IMG/VR virus record: IMGVR_UViG_3300032213_003144 | Location: 96,001 to 160,000 of that record | DNA length: 64,000 nucleotides | Reading direction: 5' to 3' (one strand) | Origin: a virus | Position numbers and translations under genes: made by a program | Notes under the pieces: model-generated | Seen by the model: the letters and a program-made list of their open reading frames with translations, nothing else | What the model was told of the DNA's origin: nothing | The model's database searches: none | Shown: in pieces, positions 36,901 to 45,631 of the stretch | Numbering within the stretch: position 1 is the first letter of the stretch | How the letters are laid out: each line of letters opens with the position of its first letter

Positions 36901-39044
36901 AATCAGTTGAAGAATCAAAAGCATGGGATGGGTGGGATGGTGTTGAGGTTACTGAAGTTGATTTGTCATCAGACATTCTGCCAACTGAATCACACCTAAA
37001 AGGTTCTTCTATAGACAAAGTCGTATCTGGTCAGGAGCCATTTAGAGAGGGCTATTACCCGAACCTCGTAATTGACGTAGATGGGAAGATGTACATATCG
37101 GATGGTCATAATAGAGTCGCCATGAATAGGGCTCTTGGAAATCAGACAATCCAAGCTCGAGTTATAGACCTTAGAAAGATTGAACAACCATGGGGCGAAC
37201 AGAAGCCAGGTAAATCAAACTATGGTGGATACGACCTAGTTGAGCCAGACAATCCACTGCCAGAAAGCGGAAAGTACGCAGAAGATGTTGTTGACGCAGC
37301 AGACAAGCAACGAGAAAAACTAAAGCCTGTAGAGAAAGAAATAACCAAAACCCTAATCGACCTTTCCAACAAACATGGCGCTGTAATGATTGGTCTCGCT
37401 GCACGATTTAAATCAGTTAAATCTCTAGCGAGAAAGATAAATGACGAAAGAGGAAGCAGGACTGCCGAAGAGGCAGCTGCAGACATGTCTGATGTAATCA
37501 GGTACACGATGACATACACTCCAGAAAACTATGTGAGTGGAGCAAAATCTGTAATCGACGAATTGCAGTCAGCTGGATATAGGCTTACTGTTAAAAACTA
37601 CTGGAAAACAGGCGACCCATATCAGGGGATAAATATTGCTGCAGTACATCCTGACGGAACCAGATTTGAGTTGCAATTTCATACCCCACAGTCTGCAGTG
37701 GAAAAAGAAGTAATTCACAAGGTCTATGACGAATACAGGGTTGAAACTGACCCCAAAAAGCGTTGGAAGCTATACGACCGTATGACAAGAATGGCAGAAC
37801 GAATTGATATTCCGGTTGAACCAGGTATTCAGGATATAGGTGAAACCAGATTCCAAGATTTCTCCCTTGCTTCCGGTGCTCAAATAGATAAGCCAGAAGC
37901 ACCAGTACGGCAGTCAGGCGCAACCAAGAAAATAACCAACAGCGAAACAGTGGTAGACGAAAGCACTGGTCGCTCTGTTGGTAAAAATAGAGATAAAAAA
38001 GAAAGCACAAAGAAAGATGTTGCTGCTGAATGGTTCTCTTCGTTTAAGAGTTTTGAATCACCGGATTTTGGTAAGAATAAAGATGAATATGGAAGAATGC
38101 GAAAATACTACGAGAGCGTTGGTCTTACCAAGGACGTCAGAGACGACCTTATGCCGGTCTCTGGATATCTGGTTCACAAATCTGATATTCAGAAAAAGAA
38201 AAATGATGTTATAAAAAATAGAGTTGGCAACGTGGGCCCAGACGCAGTATTTGAGGTGCAAGATAACGACATAGTTGGTGACGGATTGACTTCCCTTGGT
38301 GATGTCGAGATAGTTCTGAAGCCAGAGGTATCAAAGAGGACCTCATATGGCAGAGGTTCTGGTATAAAGAATGGGCATAGACCGGTAAGGATGGACTCTA
38401 CGTCTAGGGATGATATAGCGCATGCTGTTTCGTACTCTCAAAATTCCAACACCAACGCTGATTCCTCTGATGCACTGGTTAACCTCCTTGCCTCATCTAT
38501 CGACGGGGATTTTTCAAGAGTATCCAGGAGTAGTAAAACAAAAGGAAACGAGAACTTCGAAGCACACATACTTGGCGGTTTTGATGCCGATGAGGTTGAT
38601 TCAATTAACTACCCATATTCGAAACTCTCAAAATTAAGCGAAAAAGAAGATATTTCAGACGTGGTAAACGATAAATCAATCGCTGCCTCACTTAGGGATA
38701 TGGGATTCACTCAGGCAGAAATAGATTACTTCTACTCGGTTGGTGGACCTGGTCAGATAAATACCGAAAGTATGGCGAAACTGCGCGAATACAGAATGTC
38801 GAAGAAAGTCAAAAATGAGTACTCAAGGCTTGGTTTCTCAAAGGTCAAAATTGCCCACCCACAAGGATTGAACATCGAGAACCCAAGAACTCATTCAAAA
38901 GCTTCTCGTGGGATAGAGGATATTGAGAGTCTTCTCAAGAAAGAAATAGCTACAGAGATAAAGAAGACCGTAGAGGAACTACTAAAGGAAATGCGCAAGG
39001 GTCAGAAGCCAAGAGTTGTCTCAAAGGTTGGTTCCGGAATATGA
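30945..39044 (+). CDS. Giant polyvalent protein: zincin, degenerate ART-like, two ParB/Srx, RelA/SpoT-like and a C-terminal domain
   Basis: HEIAH (32625), IVDGHHR (~36321), ISDGHNR (~37101), RFKSVKSLARK..DVIRY..YQGIN..ELQFHT (37404-37685), EAHILGG (38559). Confidence 0.8.
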   Translation: MTGDRNKTRVIVSQRLISPLSCCNNFNSKALEFRSSVVQSLSSSRLDADAAVKAAMGKKPTYEDTDNRKREFTGTTKPGVTEIAPGIRVEGNQAWEEGRGLVLYPSWKSKRSMDLDANFGWIKTEKDIDFQAAQKKRKEKPQLQFTKYQVSKKTGDVIPDSEVNIDMAYPHLGLSRAQRRKKNNYISNPKMEFKAGLPGRSLESRVPGGNLLARTAGRFGIMRDAANKFRCPPGTPAANQFTDHLGSNCFGVSAERAAKFIAEKISDLMKVNDDSISLSSGAKSTWRERLGLARPDVELPGRSPSFDLETGDRIPTTPAEIVDVPGRLRWFKNATVNAQRNLARSESVIQKLESRMVTGDFTPEQRAVNADRHALLQILSNRGIWDINIEGRLSESEVNELIASRLESIPEWSSLTDEEKLALFTADKKRFYETERAMLDSLLEQFVIRPEHMRTIGTVQFRQAALPGNSEADTLWDAGTKGAEIKSVIRINLAQIMENQESLIPNMSASERLVISAVGAKTDAEALASVADFLINTEYTARGMAGLIDGPRSFARHIMLHEIAHTIQGEAFLATIKQQIDAVGYVQVPVVKDGKFTGALKEVSDFKKLTGMDLSALVISSQDDINLTALEETMSKIENVAFLAGSYPGQYKNPEKMEVYALESTAELWGLREEGLIFGDDIDDALGFMDDAIGAKASEARAATDLEMLEKLEESYFSPYERGEDVLPIRKHLRSAIELDKKAIAIKREEREIAAHREEIKDLDQDGLAEKLADTIFEIEIRKDILSNLEKERIDTEKAGLPLESIDEEIERIKSPLRLLEKKKQIEIAKNRDFNSDGKSKSDKEITDMALEINRAKTPATEEMVKRRETEARIDSLRSEAESLDEKSLMKTIADYDLKASSLKPDSDEYITAVADREIFIQQHIANQRAAGDTRPERAIRNELKAEITKEITASRKAVDEAKRGKLKPQKMKSKEQIAQNAKKERAKLRRNITKQQFEAVKEIDDFNTAEITQMLEPEKQVVIGRAINKRNNRLKRLGLESDPSSVDEGSLDEQVENILIPAMEAIDASDITTPFEMEVFLDSSKLSRVKPGKEIDIDSFGQGKVLSRSMKPGKPEKGSKKKRVVVQVKEGDRGLFPLAKKGDDQQFVIPPGKLRVVGRDKDGSLIVEISSQKDTVDVLDDLSKSIGDGPGDAIWRQGAKKKIQLVADRHAVKRKDEVSGTKSDDAIKVTETSESVVSEVSTAGAEFGETSSEKFLTLSSSAELTTESLRTKRHEKYGEVIGKPGERSESLKSSIAALMDEDRNLAASVEEILDNESNEQIIERIETAAQKLHSGFDRRVRVRMNEDDIRELAEQRKIRAIRNTDSSVSSGMSRRTERLSLSSGEKKMSRKDTEEAFAKRVKERITTKLSRIPPPKLEEGLSPSEEEKAIRKHVDKWFDNLTDAELAELGAKRFYLPDGTPLLSKTTGRVIYQTENNEVAASLLSLGQTVEMPEHKRGESLMVKQAASQIKKALKELAKENPGQIVTADLCKFYVEGKNVFCSENLKVDRLEMPQVGGRAVNNESMALRLWGSGLATAETVEAHPAFENGKLTVGLKARLATLENGTMEAEELEKDIEVLQLIGTGYEGAGVEQIAITPEQQRVMDKYGVTITARELKRLGEKWNRTATARIEGKEPDPSDELTDIERKNFFDNIDYSMIEPDGVDAFTNFLKMLGVGIQEDRVTKPDELMASQRELDGPKVDNISENILQAVKKLTEIKDPAEKKKEIERLRREHGLFKKILISKEGYIVDGHHRIIGKIVTNGVLSEDIPGLDQDDLDILGLPVRQIDMGIIELLTVSRIYQDFLGIKPASLSATDDDSFKTAGVVGKKSKKIITDAEDMHGIDKIPKITQQEFDDEHEKLKTQLEEKTDEIYARGQFIQVDSVGLNNTKESKLYKEVQLKRQKEATARVDAGKARSPGLKENRDRSVREYGMKWKPEYSEVKSVEESKAWDGWDGVEVTEVDLSSDILPTESHLKGSSIDKVVSGQEPFREGYYPNLVIDVDGKMYISDGHNRVAMNRALGNQTIQARVIDLRKIEQPWGEQKPGKSNYGGYDLVEPDNPLPESGKYAEDVVDAADKQREKLKPVEKEITKTLIDLSNKHGAVMIGLAARFKSVKSLARKINDERGSRTAEEAAADMSDVIRYTMTYTPENYVSGAKSVIDELQSAGYRLTVKNYWKTGDPYQGINIAAVHPDGTRFELQFHTPQSAVEKEVIHKVYDEYRVETDPKKRWKLYDRMTRMAERIDIPVEPGIQDIGETRFQDFSLASGAQIDKPEAPVRQSGATKKITNSETVVDESTGRSVGKNRDKKESTKKDVAAEWFSSFKSFESPDFGKNKDEYGRMRKYYESVGLTKDVRDDLMPVSGYLVHKSDIQKKKNDVIKNRVGNVGPDAVFEVQDNDIVGDGLTSLGDVEIVLKPEVSKRTSYGRGSGIKNGHRPVRMDSTSRDDIAHAVSYSQNSNTNADSSDALVNLLASSIDGDFSRVSRSSKTKGNENFEAHILGGFDADEVDSINYPYSKLSKLSEKEDISDVVNDKSIAASLRDMGFTQAEIDYFYSVGGPGQINTESMAKLREYRMSKKVKNEYSRLGFSKVKIAHPQGLNIENPRTHSKASRGIEDIESLLKKEIATEIKKTVEELLKEMRKGQKPRVVSKVGSGI

Positions 39045-39541
39045 AAGCAGCACTAGTTGGCTCATCTAGTGGTAGCAAGCTTTACTACATTATCGACGCG
39101 TCCGTCGACGATATGGATGGGGCAATAGAAAAAGATGATGGAACGGTGATTATGGTTGATTTTCAGTCACATGTTGCTAGGGCGAGAAATATAAAGAGAA
39201 TTAAAACTACCCCATTCCATAAGGTCTTCTGGGATGGGGATGATGGTGAGAATGAAAAAACATGGGAAATGATATTTATTCAAAAAAGTAAAGAGATACC
39301 AAAAGAAGTTCTAGTTGGCGTAAACATTCAGACATCACTTGGCAGAAATAAGAGGAATATCTCCCAAAAAAATGAAGACGCTTTAAGATTCAGTAAATCA
39401 GCAAAAAAATTATCCAGTAAATCATGCTGTGATGGACAAGTGGTAAAGTCTATTAAGAACAAATTAATGCGATTTTCCTCATCCGAGGAGAGAAAGTCTA
39501 TGTGGACAGCCATGTCCATACTTAGGGAGATTGAAGAATAA
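39041..39541 (+). CDS. Hypothetical protein (head module)
   Basis: 166 aa, translationally coupled on both sides. Confidence 0.7.
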   Translation: MKAALVGSSSGSKLYYIIDASVDDMDGAIEKDDGTVIMVDFQSHVARARNIKRIKTTPFHKVFWDGDDGENEKTWEMIFIQKSKEIPKEVLVGVNIQTSLGRNKRNISQKNEDALRFSKSAKKLSSKSCCDGQVVKSIKNKLMRFSSSEERKSMWTAMSILREIEE

Positions 39542-40185
39542 TGACAAGCGAAAACATTAAAGCCGACCCACTTGGCGGAATACTCCCACAGGAGCTTGTC
39601 ACTGGAGACATCCTAAGAGGCCATGGACCACGACGGGGCAACCTAGAGCGTCTGCTGCGCTACTGGCGACCAATCATGAAGAAGCCAGGCGGTTTTAGGC
39701 GCTGCAGATTGATACTTGCTAACCACCCAGAGCTCTACCCACTCTCCAATATATGTGCTTGGCTTCACCATGAGACAACTGGTCTGTGGCCAAATGAGGG
39801 ATGTCATCACCCAACAATGAAGAACTGCAGAAAAAAACTTCGGAAACTCACAAACTGGACCGACTCTCAATTCAGTTCATCACTGTCTGGGAAAAAACCC
39901 AAGAATGTCGTACGCGAGATTGGCGGAAATAAGTCTTTAGAAGAAGATGTTTTCTTTCATGATTTTGAAAATCAAGAATTTCAATTTAAATCAGTGGTGA
40001 CCGAAAACGACGTAATGCACGCCATTGAAGTTTTGAGAGACTTTCTCGAGATGGAAGATTCTTTTTGCAAGATGCTAAGAGACGACAAGAACTGGGAAAT
40101 TTCAGGAGAAGACGAAAACGGCCAAGAGAAGTCCATGCCTTACGAGAACACAAAGTCACTCGAGGAAGAGTGTTGTGGAAATTAA
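39541..40185 (+). CDS. Hypothetical head-module protein
   Basis: 214 aa with an LLRYW..FRRC..CAWLHHETTGLWP motif. Confidence 0.7.
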   Translation: MTSENIKADPLGGILPQELVTGDILRGHGPRRGNLERLLRYWRPIMKKPGGFRRCRLILANHPELYPLSNICAWLHHETTGLWPNEGCHHPTMKNCRKKLRKLTNWTDSQFSSSLSGKKPKNVVREIGGNKSLEEDVFFHDFENQEFQFKSVVTENDVMHAIEVLRDFLEMEDSFCKMLRDDKNWEISGEDENGQEKSMPYENTKSLEEECCGN

Positions 40186-42169
40186 TCAAGACTGCTGCCC
40201 TGAAGTAAAGGTGAAGCGGACGATAGTTGCTGACTTATTTATCAAATCAAACACTGACGCCATACGTGGCATAGGTGCAGTCAATCAACTATTCGTTGAC
40301 TACAAAGCAGTATCAAGATTGAATGGGAATACCAGAAGAAAAGATGATAACTCGATTCAATTTAAGGCTAATGCGGTAAGAAAACTAGGCTCGACTTTGA
40401 CAAGTCTCGCGATACCTGGTGACTCCGACCCACTTAACTCACCGATTCGCTCTACCGTCTACAGAACATTAACCCCAGGAAAGCCAGGAATACCCGGAAG
40501 CATGCCAATGAAGCCAAACCGCGGATATAGATGCCCAGAGGGGTATCAGTTCGGCGGCCGATTCACGGACTCCCGTCTCTCCACGTGTGGAGCAAAGCTG
40601 TTTGATATTCCATCCCCTCTTGGTCTTGCGATTAGTGCGGTAAGAAGAGCAATAAGAGGAAACGTGAGTCGTACGAGCGGTAGAGACATAACAGGAGTTG
40701 CCGCTCCGAGTTCTATCATTTCATCACGAGCACCACAAATACCAAAAGTAACTCTTGATAATCCTTCAGCAAGAAGAACAGGCTCTTCGTCCCTCGTTAA
40801 TGAGATAGGAAAATACAACAAATCCTCTAATGAACTTATTCGCAGAATGGTCAGACGTGACGGATTCGTCCTAGAGCCAGTAGTTCCAGACAAAGTGTTG
40901 AGAGCCATCCCAGACAACAGGGACATGGAGGGCGCTACATATATTCGTTCATTACTGACAATGGAAGATGTTGGAAATGAAGAACTTGGAATGCTTTCAA
41001 ACACAGGCGTTACATCTCTAATTTACGTAATGCCAGGCGGTTCAACAATCAGTCTAGAGAAGGCACGAAAGTTAACGGTTGGTGAAAGAAGAAAACTGGG
41101 CAGAACTATAAGTACTGCGATGTCCAACCCTGTTGGCAAAGACCCTTCTTCGCGTCTTAAGTTCGTTGCGAATGAGATGGGTGATGGAATCAGGTATTCC
41201 GAAGATTTCCGTGGAGTAAAGAACCCAAACAGTTTGATTTCGGGAAGTCCAAAGTGGGTTAATGACCTGATAAAGAACAGGAAGATATCTTCTCCAAAGA
41301 TACCTAGCTCTACGAGCCCATTAAAAGAAGACAAAAATGTGAAGTTGATAACCAACCTAGAGCAAGCAATAAATCACATTGCAAATGGCGGGAAACTGTC
41401 AGAGATTTCTCCAGAGATAATTGAACAGATACTCCGCGACCCATCAATATTGGCAAGACAGGAACTTTCGGATGCCGTTTCATTGGTCGCTGCCGGGGAT
41501 GGCAAATGGTTTCTTTACAAGGACCCAAAGGCGTTCCAGCATTTGGCTGAAAGATTTGCCTCGAGCTTACAGAAAAAACTCGGTCTACAGTCTCCAGATG
41601 TTGTATTTGCTGCAGGAAAGAACAACAACAGAATGTATATGAGACAGGATATCGAAAGCGTAATACCTGGCTCCAAGTTCAATCCAAATATAAAATTCAA
41701 CGACCTAGAGCCTCTTGATGTTGCAAGAATTATGGTTTCAGACTATCTGACTGACCAAAGAGAAAGACCAATGACGTCGATATATCCAGTCGACACAAGC
41801 GAGGGTGTTCGCGCAATTGTGGCCAATAACAACTCGTCAGGACTTGTTGACCTATCAAAAATAGAAATTACAAAGAGAATGAAGATGGCAATTGACAACT
41901 ACTACGAGTCACAGTTAATACCTTCCTATTCAGAGTACTACCAGGCCTTGAAGGTTGAACAGAGAATCATATTTATGAAGTACCTATCCCAACTTATAAA
42001 CAGGGCACGCTCAATTAACAAGCAAGAACTACTTGGTGAACTTGATAAATATGGACTCTCTACTGGAGAGAAAATACACATAAACATCATCGACAAATTA
42101 TTCTCACTGAGAATCGAATCACTAAATTCCCAAAAAGAAAAACTCAAATCAGTAGTACGCGGCGGGTAA
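40175..42169 (+). CDS. Head-module protein with degenerate HipA/PI3K-like kinase domain
   Basis: AERFAS.L...LGL.SPDV and SDYLTDQRER resemble HipA-like kinases; catalytic residues look altered. Confidence 0.5.
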   Translation: MEINQDCCPEVKVKRTIVADLFIKSNTDAIRGIGAVNQLFVDYKAVSRLNGNTRRKDDNSIQFKANAVRKLGSTLTSLAIPGDSDPLNSPIRSTVYRTLTPGKPGIPGSMPMKPNRGYRCPEGYQFGGRFTDSRLSTCGAKLFDIPSPLGLAISAVRRAIRGNVSRTSGRDITGVAAPSSIISSRAPQIPKVTLDNPSARRTGSSSLVNEIGKYNKSSNELIRRMVRRDGFVLEPVVPDKVLRAIPDNRDMEGATYIRSLLTMEDVGNEELGMLSNTGVTSLIYVMPGGSTISLEKARKLTVGERRKLGRTISTAMSNPVGKDPSSRLKFVANEMGDGIRYSEDFRGVKNPNSLISGSPKWVNDLIKNRKISSPKIPSSTSPLKEDKNVKLITNLEQAINHIANGGKLSEISPEIIEQILRDPSILARQELSDAVSLVAAGDGKWFLYKDPKAFQHLAERFASSLQKKLGLQSPDVVFAAGKNNNRMYMRQDIESVIPGSKFNPNIKFNDLEPLDVARIMVSDYLTDQRERPMTSIYPVDTSEGVRAIVANNNSSGLVDLSKIEITKRMKMAIDNYYESQLIPSYSEYYQALKVEQRIIFMKYLSQLINRARSINKQELLGELDKYGLSTGEKIHINIIDKLFSLRIESLNSQKEKLKSVVRGG

Positions 42170-42172
42170 CCC

Positions 42173-42925
42173 ATGAAAACATATGCGGTAATAAAAGATT
42201 CAGTAAGAAATACACCACTCGTTATAGCTGTTCGGGAAGAGGGGATGGTTTCTGTTCACGGTATCAATGAGTACGGTAAGTCGGTCACTCAGCACATTCT
42301 CAAGAGTGGCTCAATTGACAGCAAGTCAATGCCTGATGGGGTTGAAATAACTGAATTTAAGTCAATTACTGGCAATACAGCTGCTCTTTTTGAGAGCTAC
42401 ATCAGCAAGTCGATAATGAACGTACCAATTACTGAGTCAATTATCAATACCGAATTTGACAAAAAGACACGTGGGAAATCGTTCAAGGAAAGAAGCATTC
42501 TCTCCGAGGGTAAGGAGTCATCCCAGCATTCAGGCAAGCAGATACGCAAGTTCTCAAATGTAACAGCAAAAATTAATATGGTTGCATTTAAGGCCGGCTC
42601 ATTTAAGAGTAGATTAAAAAAGAGTTCTGTCATAACATCGCTGTCTGCTTACGGAGTTGGGTTTGATTCGTCTGCGAACAAAATCGTGCAGAAAGATTCA
42701 AAGAGAATCACCAATCACACCATAGACAAAATCAATGATTATGTCGGTGAAGGACAAATGAGAAGGTTTGCCAGAAAGACAATGGTGAGCAATTTAGACG
42801 GAACCAGACTCACCAGACGTTCAAGTGCATTGTCTAAAAAAATTGAAGAAATTTCAGAAAAGTCAGTAAGACCTGAACATAGATATTCTGAATCAATCAA
42901 GTCAAGACTCAAGAGACTCTCATGA
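42173..42925 (+). CDS. Hypothetical basic protein (head module)
   Basis: 250-aa ORF in the operon. Confidence 0.7.
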   Translation: MKTYAVIKDSVRNTPLVIAVREEGMVSVHGINEYGKSVTQHILKSGSIDSKSMPDGVEITEFKSITGNTAALFESYISKSIMNVPITESIINTEFDKKTRGKSFKERSILSEGKESSQHSGKQIRKFSNVTAKINMVAFKAGSFKSRLKKSSVITSLSAYGVGFDSSANKIVQKDSKRITNHTIDKINDYVGEGQMRRFARKTMVSNLDGTRLTRRSSALSKKIEEISEKSVRPEHRYSESIKSRLKRLS

Positions 42926-44007
42926 GCGAGAGAAAAAGGAAATCTACATACACAAACCCAAAGCTGCGCGAACGTCTTAAGAACAGAATCATGAGCGGCT
43001 CCCTTGGTGGCCGAAGCGGTCAGTGGTCAGCGAGAAAAGCTCAGCTCCTTGCTGCTGCATATAAGAAAAATGGTGGTGGATACCGTGGCGGGAAGTCGAA
43101 GACGCAGCGCTCCCTCTCTGATTGGACCAAGGAAAAATGGACTACATCTGACGGAAAGCCGGCCATTAGAGATAGTGGGACGACTCGGTATCTACCTAAA
43201 AAGGCATGGTCAAAACTTAGTGACGCTCAGAAAAAAGCAACGAATACAAAAAAGAAAAAAGGAAGCAAACTTGGAAAACAGTTTGTTGCAAATACCCAGG
43301 CCGCAGCCGATGCTGGTCGCTCTGCGCGGAAAAGCTACTTTGTCGACTCGGATGCTGAAACCAAGTCTCTAAATCTCTTTAATGAAATAAGAATAAAATC
43401 AGATAAGAAACTTCAAGAAGCGATGGATGTCGCAAAAATGATTGGTTGTTCTGGTGTCCACAAGGACAAGGACGGCAATTGGATGCCATGCTCGACAATG
43501 GAAGAGATGGACAGAATCTCCAACCTCGCAGAAGGCCCCAAGTGGAGAACCGTTGTTCCCGAGTCATCTGGTCCCAAGACCAGAGCAAAGGGAAGAAGAA
43601 GGCAAATAATGAACCCGAACCAACAATTTGAGGAATTACAAGAAAAACCAATAAGGGGCATAGTTGGTGTTCCAGGGGTTGGGATAGTCTCCGGGAAGTC
43701 AATTGGCCCAGAATACGTTAATGAAAATGGGCCAGACGTTTTCCTAGACCAAGAATCAGCTAGGGCTCGTTCGCGTCAGCTTGGCTGCATAGGAATAAGC
43801 CGAAGAATGTCCAAAAATGGACGGGTTGTCTGGATGCCATGCACAAATATGACCGATTACGCGAACAGGGCTGGGTCAACATCACTGGGACGCAGAAACA
43901 TTCAGAACAGAGAAAAAGAACGAATGGAATCCGCAGTAAGAACAGTGCTCGCCAAGAAAAATCCAAAGGTTCCATTGAGCCAGAGATTGAACAAAAAAAG
44001 TAAATAA
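42922..44007 (+). CDS. Basic protein, DUF5872-like N-terminus plus two GC.G...WMPC repeats
   Basis: GQWSARKAQLLA..YKKNGGGY..SLSDWTKEKW; IGCSGVH..WMPC and LGCIGIS..WMPC. Confidence 0.65.
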   Translation: MSERKRKSTYTNPKLRERLKNRIMSGSLGGRSGQWSARKAQLLAAAYKKNGGGYRGGKSKTQRSLSDWTKEKWTTSDGKPAIRDSGTTRYLPKKAWSKLSDAQKKATNTKKKKGSKLGKQFVANTQAAADAGRSARKSYFVDSDAETKSLNLFNEIRIKSDKKLQEAMDVAKMIGCSGVHKDKDGNWMPCSTMEEMDRISNLAEGPKWRTVVPESSGPKTRAKGRRRQIMNPNQQFEELQEKPIRGIVGVPGVGIVSGKSIGPEYVNENGPDVFLDQESARARSRQLGCIGISRRMSKNGRVVWMPCTNMTDYANRAGSTSLGRRNIQNREKERMESAVRTVLAKKNPKVPLSQRLNKKSK

Positions 44008-44155
44008 TGTATTTACACACTTTTGTTGTGAAACTTAATTAGTTGCACTAAGTAGTGTCAAATATCTGTTAATTTTGATATCACAGGGCTGGGTGCTTAC
44101 CTAAGCCACGGTAAGTAAACATAATCAACCCTCACATCTCAATAGGAGAAAAAAT

Positions 44156-45523
44156 ATGTCGCAAGACAAAGCAAGAACAGAAGAGTTGCAATCAGCTCTT
44201 CGCACGAAAATGGCAGAGAATAAGGCCATTGCGGATTCATTCAAAGTTGAAGAAGGAACTGTCATAGTTTCGACAGACCAGAAATCAGCATTCGACAAGA
44301 ACATGAGAGACATCAAGGAAATTAAGTCACTCTTGTCCGACCTTGAAACAATGGGCTCAGTAGAGTCATGGTCAAATCAGCCACAGGGCGAAACAGTTTC
44401 ATCTGCTTACGCCGCTGCAGCTGCCGACATGAATCACCTGTCGTCACATGAAATCAAGTCAATTGGTCAGATGTTCCTTGACTCACCAGAGTTCAAGTCT
44501 TTGGCCAATGGTCGTAACGGTGCAAACATGTCATCACCATGGCAAGTTGCAACTTCGTTGACAACACACAACTTCGGCATTCAGCAGAAGGACATTTACA
44601 CAGCATTGCCAACAACATCAGTAACAAACAGCCGCCTCGGTGAGTTTGGAACAGTTCAACGCGATGCCATGGTTCTTCCTCCAATGCGTACGAAGCGTGT
44701 CCGTGACTTGTTCCCAGTTCGTAGAACAAACGCAGCAGTTATCGAGTACTTCCGTCAGCTTGGTTTTACAACCCTTCAAGCTGGTCATGGAACAAACTCG
44801 GCATCATCTGTTGCTGAAAGAACAACAGCTGGAACAGCATTTGGTTTGAAGCCACAATCTTCATTCGCATTCGTTGGCGAGCAAGCTCCAATTCGCACAT
44901 TGGCACACTGGGAAGCTGCACACCGCAACGTCCTCGCCGATGAGCCACAATTGCGCTCAATCATCGACAACGAACTGATGTACGGTCTCCGTCTTCTTGA
45001 GGATAATCAAATCCTCAACGGCAACGGAACTGGCGAGAACCTTCTCGGTATTCTCCAGACACCAAACATCCAGAGCTACAGCTGGTCAAGCGGCGCAACC
45101 TTGCCGGTACCAGACACCAAGGCTGATGCACTTCGCCGTGCAGCAACTCTATCGTTCTTGGCATACTACGAGCCATCTGGCATCGTTTTGCACCCGAACG
45201 ACTGGGAAGATATCGAATTGACGAAGGACGTAAACGGCCAGTACTTGGTCGCTATGTCAGTCGCAATGGGCGGCGAGCCAAAGGTTTGGAGAATGCCAGT
45301 AATTGACACTCCAGCCATCACTGAAGGCCAAGCACTTGTTGGTGCCTTCGGAACCGGTGCTCAGTTGTACGACAGAGAAGAAGCAAGCATTCGCATCAGC
45401 GAACAGCACTCAGACTTCTTTGTCCGCAATGCGATTGTGGTTCTTGCAGAACAGAGACTTGCTCTCGCTGTCAAGCGCCCAGAAGCATTCGTCAAGGTGA
45501 CATTCAACAACGCACCAGCGTGA
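44156..45523 (+). CDS. Major capsid protein (HK97 fold)
   Basis: Coiled-coil delta domain, QILNGNG, LHPNDW, KDVNGQYL, FVRNAIVVLAEQRLALAVKRPEAFVK; AGGAG SD. Confidence 0.97.
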   Translation: MSQDKARTEELQSALRTKMAENKAIADSFKVEEGTVIVSTDQKSAFDKNMRDIKEIKSLLSDLETMGSVESWSNQPQGETVSSAYAAAAADMNHLSSHEIKSIGQMFLDSPEFKSLANGRNGANMSSPWQVATSLTTHNFGIQQKDIYTALPTTSVTNSRLGEFGTVQRDAMVLPPMRTKRVRDLFPVRRTNAAVIEYFRQLGFTTLQAGHGTNSASSVAERTTAGTAFGLKPQSSFAFVGEQAPIRTLAHWEAAHRNVLADEPQLRSIIDNELMYGLRLLEDNQILNGNGTGENLLGILQTPNIQSYSWSSGATLPVPDTKADALRRAATLSFLAYYEPSGIVLHPNDWEDIELTKDVNGQYLVAMSVAMGGEPKVWRMPVIDTPAITEGQALVGAFGTGAQLYDREEASIRISEQHSDFFVRNAIVVLAEQRLALAVKRPEAFVKVTFNNAPA

Positions 45524-45553
45524 TAACTGGCCCACAGGGCCTGAATTGAGTCT

Positions 45554-45599
45554 CACCCCCGAGAGTAGCCGTAATGGCGAAATCGGGGGTGTTTCTTTT
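45554..45599 (+). terminator. Intrinsic terminator after the capsid gene
   Basis: cacccccga / tcgggggtg stem followed by tttctttt. Confidence 0.8.
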
Positions 45600-45631
45600 A
45601 TACGGACATTTATGTGCGAGAATTGGTAATC

